Positions 9,231-18,188 of a DNA stretch of 64,000 nt are shown in pieces; positions within the stretch are counted from its first letter, which is position 1, and each line of letters begins with the position of its first letter. The DNA is from an uncultured virus (IMG/VR IMGVR_UViG_3300042898_001532) (Duplodnaviria; Heunggongvirae; Uroviricota; Caudoviricetes). The stretch covers positions 1 through 64,000 of the IMG/VR virus record IMGVR_UViG_3300042898_001532; one strand, given 5' to 3'. A program made the position numbers and the translations under genes. The notes beneath the pieces are model-generated. The model was not told the origin of the DNA, did no database searches, and saw nothing but the letters and a program-made list of their open reading frames with translations.

Positions 9231-9267
9231 TAATTATTAAAACATTATATTTATTAATAAAAAGACA

Positions 9268-10338
9268 ATGGTAGGTACTTTAAACCCCAATTTTAAAAAA
9301 TTAATACTAAAATATATTAGTTACCAGAAGCATAACTATGGTGACGATTACACGTTGTATATTGACGATATGATAAAATACTTTGACGATATAGATAAAG
9401 TAGATATATTTTCAGGTGTTTTTAATTATATTATTGAGGAAGAAGATGAGGACCCATTAGACTATATAGACTTAAATGAATTAAATGATCGGTTTTATTC
9501 TGATACTATAATAAAAATATTGAGGGATTCAGGTTGGTTTGAAAAATATTTTAATTTAGATAGGTACAAAGATTACGTAACTAAAGAAGGTAGAGCAATA
9601 CCAATATTCAATGATATTAAATGGGGTGGAGATACCCCCTATTTAATTATCGATGGGTGGCATGAATTATCAACATTATACCACTCTAATGATAGAAGTG
9701 TTGCCGAACTTGTATTAGGTGAAGATTCGTCAGAACTTTTTAGTGTTGATAGTGTTGACTTTATGGGTGAAGTGTGGAATGAATTAAATGAAAAATCATT
9801 AAAACACATAATAGATTATATTAAGGATAATGGTTTTATTGGCGGAGAATTAGAGTATGATGAAGATCCAGATGGTGGCGGATTGAGTGAGGATATGTTG
9901 GCCGACAGTGATTTATTAGGTGAATTAATAAATGATGAAGATATGTTTGATGACTTAAAGAGGGAATTGGAAAATTTTTATAGGTGGTCATACAACTCCG
10001 CAGCGGAATCCGAAGTGTTTAAGTCTATAAGTAGTGATATAGTAGATCTTTTGGGTTCTGAAGGTGAGTGGGATGTAATCAAATCAAAAAAAGAAGGTGG
10101 TTCAAATAAACATATTTTAAAGTTCGACATTAGTAAAATATTTATGGATATATTAGAAAGATTCGTGGAGTGTGAAGGTAAATTACCTGAAGATGAATAT
10201 TCGGATTTTTTACAGGTCTTAAGTGCAACATTAGAATGTGAAGGAGAAATGTTAGAAACACCCGATATGGGATATTTTTATCCTGATAGTAGTACGATAT
10301 CTGAACATTTAAATGAAAATTTATTAGGAAACTTATAA
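9268..10338 (+). CDS. Acidic hypothetical protein
   Basis: Long ORF after an ATATTTAT motif. Confidence 0.75.
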   Translation: MVGTLNPNFKKLILKYISYQKHNYGDDYTLYIDDMIKYFDDIDKVDIFSGVFNYIIEEEDEDPLDYIDLNELNDRFYSDTIIKILRDSGWFEKYFNLDRYKDYVTKEGRAIPIFNDIKWGGDTPYLIIDGWHELSTLYHSNDRSVAELVLGEDSSELFSVDSVDFMGEVWNELNEKSLKHIIDYIKDNGFIGGELEYDEDPDGGGLSEDMLADSDLLGELINDEDMFDDLKRELENFYRWSYNSAAESEVFKSISSDIVDLLGSEGEWDVIKSKKEGGSNKHILKFDISKIFMDILERFVECEGKLPEDEYSDFLQVLSATLECEGEMLETPDMGYFYPDSSTISEHLNENLLGNL

Positions 10339-11192
10339 TGAAGATTAAACTAACGGAAAGACAATATTTAAAAGTTATTACTGAAAATCAAAACCCTAAC
10401 ATTGATAGGTTATTACAAAAGTTTTTTGACGATACTAGATCCTTAGATGAAGACGAAAAACTATATTATTTTTTCGATATATATGAATTTAATGAAAAAA
10501 TGATGGGAGTTAGTGATAGATTGTATGATTGGTTTAAATATAGTCTTTTAAGTGACATTAAAATGATTAATCGTAGAACTCTTAGTAAATACCAAAATAA
10601 AATTAATAATCTTTTAGAATTGTTAACTACAAAAGAAACTAAAAAAATAATAGATTCTAATAAAAACGTTTTAGAAAAAATTAAAGAATTAATTAAATTA
10701 GAAAGTGTTATACCAAAATATTTTAAAAGTGAAATCTTAAAAGAGTTAATTGATGGATTATTGTTTGATTCCATACAATATCTGTTTAACAATTATGAAC
10801 CTAAAGAAGCGATTAGACAATCATCCATTCTATCTGATCATTTAGGTATAAATAGAATGGAAAATATAGAACCATTAGTTAAAGATTTCGCAGAAAAAAA
10901 TGGGTTAACTATCATACCTAAACATAAAGGGTTCACTCTCCAAAAAGATGAAGGTAGTATGGTTAGGGATTTAATTAATTATATGAAAGATATACCAGAA
11001 ATACCTAAGAAAACAAAAAGAGGGTTTTTAGACTTTATTGGTAGTCATTATACGGGTGGGCAATATTCTACCTTTTGGAGTGCGGTTAATAAGGCGGGTA
11101 TTATACAAAAAGTAGGTGGTGGTAATAACGTCACATACGAATTAGGTCCTAACTACAAAGCGTATGAAGAAGGTAATGTAGTTGCATTTTAA
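10338..11192 (+). CDS. Hypothetical protein, putative head cargo (possible C-terminal winged helix)
   Basis: Leader MKIKLTERQYLKVITE; C-terminal FWSAVNKAGIIQKVGGGNNVTYELGP. Confidence 0.65.
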   Translation: MKIKLTERQYLKVITENQNPNIDRLLQKFFDDTRSLDEDEKLYYFFDIYEFNEKMMGVSDRLYDWFKYSLLSDIKMINRRTLSKYQNKINNLLELLTTKETKKIIDSNKNVLEKIKELIKLESVIPKYFKSEILKELIDGLLFDSIQYLFNNYEPKEAIRQSSILSDHLGINRMENIEPLVKDFAEKNGLTIIPKHKGFTLQKDEGSMVRDLINYMKDIPEIPKKTKRGFLDFIGSHYTGGQYSTFWSAVNKAGIIQKVGGGNNVTYELGPNYKAYEEGNVVAF

Positions 11193-11202
11193 TCATTTAT
11201 AG

Positions 11203-11210
11203 ATATTTAT
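11203..11210 (+). promoter_or_regulatory. Putative late promoter ATATTTAT (representative copy)
   Basis: The same octamer precedes most structural transcription units on both strands. Confidence 0.7.
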
Positions 11211-11223
11211 ATAGAAAAAAATA

Positions 11224-14200
11224 ATGGATAGAGCAGAACAACTTAAAATATTTGCTCGATGTTTAGGTGATCCAACATACGCAATAGAAACGTTTTTAAA
11301 GACATTTGATTTAACTCAGAAAGGTATGGTACCTTTTAAGTTGTATTACAAACAAAAAGAAATCATTAAGTCATACGAAAAAAACAATCGTAATCTGGTA
11401 ACTAAACCTCGGCAGGCAGGTGTGTCTACAACTACTGCCGCATATATTGCAGTTAAAACTGCCTTTGGTGATCCAGATAACCCACATAAAGTACTTATAC
11501 TCGCCAATAAACAAACATTGGCGCAAGAATTTTTAAAAAAAGTAAAAGACTTTTTAGAACAAATACCTTATTGGGTTTGGGGGTTAGATGAGTCAACAGA
11601 TTATTTAGAGATAAATTCAAAAGGACATCTTAAATTAAAATCAAACGGTTGTGAAATTAGAGCCCTCGCAACGTCTAAAGATGCATTAAGGGGTTTTACT
11701 CCAACATTCTTAGTAATGGACGAGGCGGCATTCATCGACAATGGGGCAGATGTATTTGGTGCCGCATTGGCGTCATTAGGTACTGGTGGTAAAATCGCAC
11801 TTATATCTTGTGTAACGGATGATACATTTATTTTCACTGATAAAGGATTAAGACAAGTTTCTGATTTTATAGATTATGGACAACCTGATAACCCTAATGA
11901 GGGTTATTATGTGGATGAATACTCAATTTTAGGGAAAGATAAAACTAGGCAATCGAATATTTTAGTAAATAATGGTTTACAAGATACTATTAAAATTACC
12001 ACAACAAATAGTTTTTTAGAAGGTACATTAACACATAAACTTTGGGTTTATCAGAGTGAAACTAAAATTTATAGTTGGTTACCTATGGGTGAAATAAAAG
12101 AAGGTGATTATGTTAATATTCAGTATGGTTATAATTTATTTGGGGATGATGATAAAATAGAACATAATTACATCTTTAATAATAAAGAAAAAAAACCAAA
12201 AAAGATTTATAAAGAGATTGATAATGATTTAAGTTATTTAATAGGGTTATACCTTTCAGAAGGTTCTAGTTATAAAAAATATAATAAAAAAGGTGAATTA
12301 GTTGGTGTAAGTATAACATTAACTTGTGGTGATTTTATTGGGGACTCCATTAATAACGCAGGTTTTAATTATAGTTGTCATGATGGATTACACTATACAA
12401 TTTCATCTAAATATTTAGGTTCTTTACTGGAAAATTTAGGCATCGATTTAAGTCTTACCGCAACTAAAAAATTTATACCTAAAAAATTATTATCATTGTC
12501 TAAAGAAAAGACTATTCATCTTTTAAAAGGTTTTATGGATGGAGATGGTTATTCAGATAGTGTTAGGGGTAGAATAGGTATTAATATTTCTTCTAAGAAG
12601 ATGTGTTTACAAATAAGATATATGTTATCTAATTTAGGTATTTTAACAGATTATCAAGAAGGTATTAATAAAGGTTCTAAATTGATACCTACAAAAAGTA
12701 ACTATTATAGATTATCTGCAACATCTATTGACGCCTTAAAATACTTTGAACTAATAGGGTTTAATTTTGAAAGAAAAGAAAAGAAAAAAGATTCGATTAA
12801 AAAAGTTAATTTAAATAATAGATATAGAATCATACCAAACGGTAAAATCATATTGAGACGAATTATTGACGATAATAATTTAGTAAGACGTTTTAGGGGT
12901 AGTAATTTAAAATTAACTAGTATTAGATTAAGTGATAAAAATAAAACCTCAAATCTATCAGTTAACATTTTTAAAAGTTTTATAGATTATATTGAAAACA
13001 ATTTAGGTATTGATATCACAAAATATAATATTGATAAAATCTTAATGGAAAAAAGTAAATGGGTTAGAGTAAGTAAAATAGAAAAAAGTAAAAATAAAAC
13101 TTATGATTTTTCATTACCTGAAACAGATGATTTTTGGTGTCATTCAGTTTTATATAACAATATATTAGGACACCAAACCCCTAATGGGATGGACGAATTA
13201 TATTATAAAACATATGATAAATCCAAAACAGGCGATAATAACTTCAATATTGTGGAAATGAAATGGTATCAGGACATTAGATATAATAGAGGGTTGTATT
13301 GGGTTAGAGGTGATGAAAAAGAAGAAGAGATTAAATGTGAATCATTAGGTAGAACCAAACTTAGGTGGGAATATAAGGGTGTTATATATGAGACAGATGA
13401 ATCTACAATAGACTATTATGAAGTAATGGTTAAAGACGGGTGGAAACCATTGTCGCCATGGTATGATGAAATGTCGGCAGATATGGGTGACCCTAAGAAA
13501 ATCGCACAGGAACTTGACGTTTCATTTATTGGGTCAGGTGGTAATGTTATTGAAGATGAATATATAGTCTACCACGAAGAGAATTTCGTCTTCGATCCAA
13601 ATTTTTCTGCGGAGGCAGAAAAGAGTATGTGGATATGGAAAAAACCTGAAGTCGGGCACAAATACATAATGGGTGTGGACGTTAGTAGAGGGGACGGTAA
13701 AGATAGTTCTACTATTGTTATATTAGACTTCGAAAACTTAGAACAAGTTGCAGAATTTAAACATAAGTTACCACCCGATATGTTGGCGGAAATTGTTTAT
13801 AAGTATGGTAATATGTATAACGCGTATACTATTGTGGATATTACTGGAGGTATGGGTGTGGCAACAGTATTAAAACTTCTGGAGATGGAATATGAATATC
13901 TACATTATGATGACCCTAAAAGTAGAAAATTATCTGAAAAGTATTCGAAGACTGTATACAAACAAGGTGATAAAGTACCGGGATTTAATGTTGGTAATAC
14001 TCGTCTACAAATGGTTTCTGAATTAGAAGAACATATTAGAGAAAATAAAACTATAATACGTTCACGGAGATTAATATCAGAACTTAGAACATTTGTTTAT
14101 AAAAATGGTAGACCGGATCATATGGAAGGTTTTAATGATGATATTATTATGGCATATGCAATGGCAATATTCATTGTACAAACATCTTTTAAAAAATTAG

Positions 14201-14394
14201 AACAAGTGGAAAAACAAACTAAGGCAATGTTAGAGAGTTGGGTAAATGTGTCAAACATCCAAAGTAAACCAATGATTAATGGACAACAACACATTAATCC
14301 CTTCTATACTAACACACCAACGTATAATCCAGTCCACCCCAATAATGGTAATAATGATAATGGTGAATACAACTGGTTATTCGGAATTAAATAG
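11224..14394 (+). CDS. terL: Terminase large subunit (T4 gp17-like), intein-containing
   Basis: KPRQAGVST Walker A, LVMDEAAFI Walker B, IS|TPNG coupling motif split by the intein, GVDVSRGDGKD nuclease, DDIIMA. Confidence 0.95.
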   Translation: MDRAEQLKIFARCLGDPTYAIETFLKTFDLTQKGMVPFKLYYKQKEIIKSYEKNNRNLVTKPRQAGVSTTTAAYIAVKTAFGDPDNPHKVLILANKQTLAQEFLKKVKDFLEQIPYWVWGLDESTDYLEINSKGHLKLKSNGCEIRALATSKDALRGFTPTFLVMDEAAFIDNGADVFGAALASLGTGGKIALISCVTDDTFIFTDKGLRQVSDFIDYGQPDNPNEGYYVDEYSILGKDKTRQSNILVNNGLQDTIKITTTNSFLEGTLTHKLWVYQSETKIYSWLPMGEIKEGDYVNIQYGYNLFGDDDKIEHNYIFNNKEKKPKKIYKEIDNDLSYLIGLYLSEGSSYKKYNKKGELVGVSITLTCGDFIGDSINNAGFNYSCHDGLHYTISSKYLGSLLENLGIDLSLTATKKFIPKKLLSLSKEKTIHLLKGFMDGDGYSDSVRGRIGINISSKKMCLQIRYMLSNLGILTDYQEGINKGSKLIPTKSNYYRLSATSIDALKYFELIGFNFERKEKKKDSIKKVNLNNRYRIIPNGKIILRRIIDDNNLVRRFRGSNLKLTSIRLSDKNKTSNLSVNIFKSFIDYIENNLGIDITKYNIDKILMEKSKWVRVSKIEKSKNKTYDFSLPETDDFWCHSVLYNNILGHQTPNGMDELYYKTYDKSKTGDNNFNIVEMKWYQDIRYNRGLYWVRGDEKEEEIKCESLGRTKLRWEYKGVIYETDESTIDYYEVMVKDGWKPLSPWYDEMSADMGDPKKIAQELDVSFIGSGGNVIEDEYIVYHEENFVFDPNFSAEAEKSMWIWKKPEVGHKYIMGVDVSRGDGKDSSTIVILDFENLEQVAEFKHKLPPDMLAEIVYKYGNMYNAYTIVDITGGMGVATVLKLLEMEYEYLHYDDPKSRKLSEKYSKTVYKQGDKVPGFNVGNTRLQMVSELEEHIRENKTIIRSRRLISELRTFVYKNGRPDHMEGFNDDIIMAYAMAIFIVQTSFKKLEQVEKQTKAMLESWVNVSNIQSKPMINGQQHINPFYTNTPTYNPVHPNNGNNDNGEYNWLFGIK
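11809..13176 (+). mobile_element. Intein (456 aa) with LAGLIDADG homing endonuclease and C-terminal Gln
   Basis: Begins CVTDDTFIFT; YLIGLYLSEG and LLKGFMDGDG motifs; ends TYDFSL...ILGHQ, followed by Thr+1. Confidence 0.92.
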
Positions 14395-14457
14395 AATGTA
14401 AACATTTAGAATTTTGATATATTTATTATAATAGTAATAAAGTATATTTAAGTAAAA

Positions 14458-16368
14458 ATGGCAAAAAAAACAATATTCCAACAATTAAACGATTTATTTG
14501 GCCCAGAGGTTGTGAAACCGCAAAATAAATCAAGGTATTCAATTAACGATAAAGAACTTCTTAAAACTAAATCTAAAGAAGAATATGATTTTGAAAAGTT
14601 AAAAAGACAACAAGATTCGTATCTTTCTAATATGTGGCAAAAAGTGGATAATGAAATCTACCAACATTCCATATATTATGAAACAACTAGGTTAGCATCT
14701 TATGCGGATTTTGAGGGTATGGAGTTTTTTCCCGAAATCGCCGCCGCATTAGATATAATGATGGAAGAATCTACCACATTAAATTCGGATAACAAAGTTA
14801 TTAACATATTTTCTGAAAGTAGGAGAGTTAGAAGAATATTAGAAGACTTATTTTTTAATAGATTAGATATACATACATCATTACCTATGTGGACGAGAAA
14901 TGTTTGTAAATATGGTGATGATTTTTTATTCCTCAATATAGATAGTGAAGAAGGGATTACAGGTGTTAAACAATTACCAAATATTGAGATTAGTAGAAAG
15001 GAAAATGAAGGTTTCGGTGAAAATCCTGCGAATGCCGAAACTGATAAAATTAACCCAATTAAATTTATATGGGGTCAAAGAAATATTGAGTTTAATGCGT
15101 GGCAAATCGCACACTTTAGGTTGTTGGGCGATGATAGGAGACTACCTTACGGAACTTCAATGTTGGAAAAAGCGAGAAGGATATGGAAACAATTGTTACT
15201 TTCTGAAGATGCGATGTTGATATACAGAGTAACTAGGGCACCTGAAAGAAGAATCTTTAAAATATTTGTCGGTAACATTGATGAGAAAGATGTACCCGCA
15301 TATGTTAACAATATTGCGAATAATTTTAAAAGAAGTCCTGTTATTGATCAAAACACGGGGCAGGTAGACACTAGATATAATCAAATGGCTCAGGACCAAG
15401 ACTATTTTATCCCAGTAAGAGACACAAACGCACCTTCACCAATAGAGACTCTACCAGGAGCATCTAACCTATCTGAGATTGCAGACATTCAATACCTTCA
15501 GAAAAAATTGTTTACTGCACTTAGAGTACCTAAACCATTCTTAGGATTTGAGGAGGTTAATGGTGAAGGTAAAAACTTAGCGTTACAAGATATTAGATTT
15601 GCTAGAACAATCAATAGAATTCAACAAGCAATGATACAAGAATTAAATAAGATTGCTATCATTCATTTATATATTTTAGGGTTAGAAGATGAGTTAGAAA
15701 ACTTTACACTAACATTGAATAACCCGTCTACTCAGGCAGAGATGTTAAAGGTAGAACAAACTCAATTAAAGGTAACCCTATATAAAGATGTAGTATCAGA
15801 TGCGGGTAATGGATTCGGAACAATGTCAATGACTAGGGCGAAAAAAGAAATTTTAGGAATGTCTGAAGAAGAAATAAGAAATGATTTAGAACAACAAAGA
15901 TTAGAAAAAGCTGCCGCAGCAGAAATGGAACAAACCGCAACTATCATTAAGAAGACAGGTATCTTTGATAGGGTAGATAAACTTTATGGTGATTTTTCTA
16001 CATTAACCGGTGGTGTACCCGCAGAGGGTGGTGGTGAAGAAGGTGAAGGCACAGGTGGTGATGACTTAGGTGGGTTCGGAACAGACACTGGAGGTGACTT
16101 AGGTGGAATCGGAACAGACACTGGTGGTGCAGAACCCGCACCAACCGAAGAGTCAATAAAGAAAAAAGACAATCTTTTATTAGAGCAAGGAAGAAGAAGA
16201 TACGAAGAGAAAGTTAATAAATATCAAAGAATTTATTTAAATAGACTTATGGAAAGTTTAGATAAGGATGAAAGGGTTTTTAACTTAGATGAGGTAGAAA
16301 AGGATACTGAAATACTAAACTCTAAAATTAGTGATATGGCAAAAGAAATCGATAATTTAATTAAATAG
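14458..16368 (+). CDS. Portal protein (T4 gp20-like)
   Basis: PEIAAALD, EDAMLIYRVTRAPERRIF, QDYFIPVR, IETLPG, YLQKKLFTALRVP. Confidence 0.95.
   Translation: MAKKTIFQQLNDLFGPEVVKPQNKSRYSINDKELLKTKSKEEYDFEKLKRQQDSYLSNMWQKVDNEIYQHSIYYETTRLASYADFEGMEFFPEIAAALDIMMEESTTLNSDNKVINIFSESRRVRRILEDLFFNRLDIHTSLPMWTRNVCKYGDDFLFLNIDSEEGITGVKQLPNIEISRKENEGFGENPANAETDKINPIKFIWGQRNIEFNAWQIAHFRLLGDDRRLPYGTSMLEKARRIWKQLLLSEDAMLIYRVTRAPERRIFKIFVGNIDEKDVPAYVNNIANNFKRSPVIDQNTGQVDTRYNQMAQDQDYFIPVRDTNAPSPIETLPGASNLSEIADIQYLQKKLFTALRVPKPFLGFEEVNGEGKNLALQDIRFARTINRIQQAMIQELNKIAIIHLYILGLEDELENFTLTLNNPSTQAEMLKVEQTQLKVTLYKDVVSDAGNGFGTMSMTRAKKEILGMSEEEIRNDLEQQRLEKAAAAEMEQTATIIKKTGIFDRVDKLYGDFSTLTGGVPAEGGGEEGEGTGGDDLGGFGTDTGGDLGGIGTDTGGAEPAPTEESIKKKDNLLLEQGRRRYEEKVNKYQRIYLNRLMESLDKDERVFNLDEVEKDTEILNSKISDMAKEIDNLIK
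16062..16127 (+). repeat. 33-nt tandem repeat in the portal's low-complexity tail
   Basis: Two copies of DLGG(F/I)GTDTGG. Confidence 0.8.
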
Positions 16369-16410
16369 AACTTTTTTATAAATTCAGAATATTTATTTAT
16401 AAAAAAGAAC

Positions 16411-17175
16411 ATGGAGAATTTTGGTAATATTAAAGATACCTTTAAAAATTTAGTAGTAGAGTCTATAATTAAAAAAAACGAAAAGAGTAAAAAACTATTT
16501 TCTAAATTTTTAAAAACAATTAAAGAAAATAAAACATTAAAGAATCAATATCTAATTTATAGTAATTTACAAAATAGTAGGTTCGATGATGGTGTTGAGG
16601 CGAAAGAATTCGTTAAGGAGAATATTGAACTACTTAAAGGTTTAAACGAAGGACATATCGTAAAAGGTAATGAGTTTTTCGTTAAATTACTTAAAGGTAA
16701 TAAAATCATAAAAGAAAATCAAGAATTCTATAATAAAATATCTTATTTAGTTAACACCGAAAAAACACCTTCGAATATTAAAAAAATTAATGAGACAATT
16801 AATTATATAGTTAAAAATATGTTAGAAAAAGAGGAAGTAAAAGAGGTTGTTACGGAAAGTGTATATTTACCACCTAGTGTGTTAACAAAATTGGCAGTAA
16901 ATAAGTTTAATTCTAGATATTCTAACATTAGTGAGTCAGAAAAAGAAATCATTAAAACAGTACTTAATGGTACAAGTGAAGATAAAGAAAATATTTTCAA
17001 TAAATTAAAAAGAGAGTGTATTGATGGTATCGATACTAAATTAAATGAGTCTTCTGATTTAGATCTTAAAGATAAACTATTAAAAGTTAAGGATAAACTA
17101 CTGAACAATAGTTTCAACATAGATTCTTTTACTACTGATATTACAAGATTACACGATTTAAAAGAATCAATATAA
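16411..17175 (+). CDS. Hypothetical head-module protein
   Basis: Lies between portal and protease; many I/L-K/N-E motifs. Confidence 0.7.
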   Translation: MENFGNIKDTFKNLVVESIIKKNEKSKKLFSKFLKTIKENKTLKNQYLIYSNLQNSRFDDGVEAKEFVKENIELLKGLNEGHIVKGNEFFVKLLKGNKIIKENQEFYNKISYLVNTEKTPSNIKKINETINYIVKNMLEKEEVKEVVTESVYLPPSVLTKLAVNKFNSRYSNISESEKEIIKTVLNGTSEDKENIFNKLKRECIDGIDTKLNESSDLDLKDKLLKVKDKLLNNSFNIDSFTTDITRLHDLKESI

Positions 17176-17195
17176 CTAATAAAAAAATAAGAAAA

Positions 17196-17546
17196 ATGAA
17201 AAAAAGAGTAATAAGACTTAGTGAATCTGATTTACAAAGAATTGTAAAAAGAGTGATTAAAGAAAATATGATTAATGAATTAGGTGGGATGGACGATGGA
17301 CACCCTAGATTCGGTGATGTTAAATTTTCTGATTTATCGAGAGACGAAATATTAAGAATGGGTGGTAGTGAATACTCAGAAGATTCTGACGATGATTTAA
17401 CTGATGACAATGAATATTATGACTTTGATGGTGATATTGATGACTTAAAGGGTGGTCGTAGAGGGAAATTGCCAATTATGAGGTCAATGCCTTCACGACA
17501 TAATACCGGAGATAGACCGTTCAGAAGAGGAAATAGAAAAATGTAA
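17196..17546 (+). CDS. Small putative internal-head protein
   Basis: Leader MKKRVIRLSESDLQRIVKRVIKE, acidic core, Arg-rich tail. Confidence 0.7.
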   Translation: MKKRVIRLSESDLQRIVKRVIKENMINELGGMDDGHPRFGDVKFSDLSRDEILRMGGSEYSEDSDDDLTDDNEYYDFDGDIDDLKGGRRGKLPIMRSMPSRHNTGDRPFRRGNRKM

Positions 17547-17549
17547 AAA

Positions 17550-17618
17550 AACGGATTAGGGCCGTTATTGTCTACGGACAAATATTACCCACTAGAGTTC
17601 GCTACTATAGTGGGTTTT
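17550..17618 (+). ncRNA. Three-hairpin structured element ending in a terminator
   Basis: AACGG/CCGTT; TTGTC-TACG-GACAA; ACCCACTA..TTCG..TAGTGGGT followed by Ts. Confidence 0.55.
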
Positions 17619-17704
17619 ATTTGCGATTAAATTTGACATTTCACGAATATTTTTGTATTATTATTAACAAACTTTTAAATAACAATACATGAAAAAAATT
17701 ATGA

Positions 17705-18142
17705 ATGAAATTAGGAAAAGAAATCAAATTAGATTTATTAGAAAACTATAAAACTAAGATTGGTACTGTTAACAACAAAGAATCAAAAAGTATCTATATT
17801 AATCTATCTGCGTGGGGCGAATTAGATGAATTAGACGAAAATCTAAATTACGAATATTTTTTAAGTAATTTAAGAAAAAAAATAAAACAAAAATTAAACA
17901 ACTATCTAGATCAAGATTTATACTACAATAACAAATACATTGTAGATTTAGATATGAGAACTTCAGGACTATCAGTAGAAAAAAAAAGTTTTATGTCTTG
18001 TGAAATAACACTCTTCCAAAAAAGACATTATCCGTTAAACAACCCAAAAATTATAGATAGTACTAAAAGTATTATTTATAATGTCGTAAAAAATTGTATA
18101 GAAACCAATAACGTTTTTACTTTCCATAAGAGAAAAAAATAA
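17705..18142 (+). CDS. Hypothetical protein
   Basis: 145-aa ORF. Confidence 0.7.
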   Translation: MKLGKEIKLDLLENYKTKIGTVNNKESKSIYINLSAWGELDELDENLNYEYFLSNLRKKIKQKLNNYLDQDLYYNNKYIVDLDMRTSGLSVEKKSFMSCEITLFQKRHYPLNNPKIIDSTKSIIYNVVKNCIETNNVFTFHKRKK

Positions 18143-18188
18143 TTTTTTTAACATAGTGATATATTTATTATTAAAGTATATCACTATT

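Noticed and set aside
17550..17566. Hairpin with a TTAGGG loop resembling pistol ribozyme P1
   Set aside because: No downstream CCCTAA pseudoknot partner
18156..18188. Upstream non-ATG start extensions in the track (18156, 23297) and longer starts at 35209, 48331, 48941, 51284
   Set aside because: They overlap promoter motifs or neighbouring genes; downstream ATGs match the family N-termini
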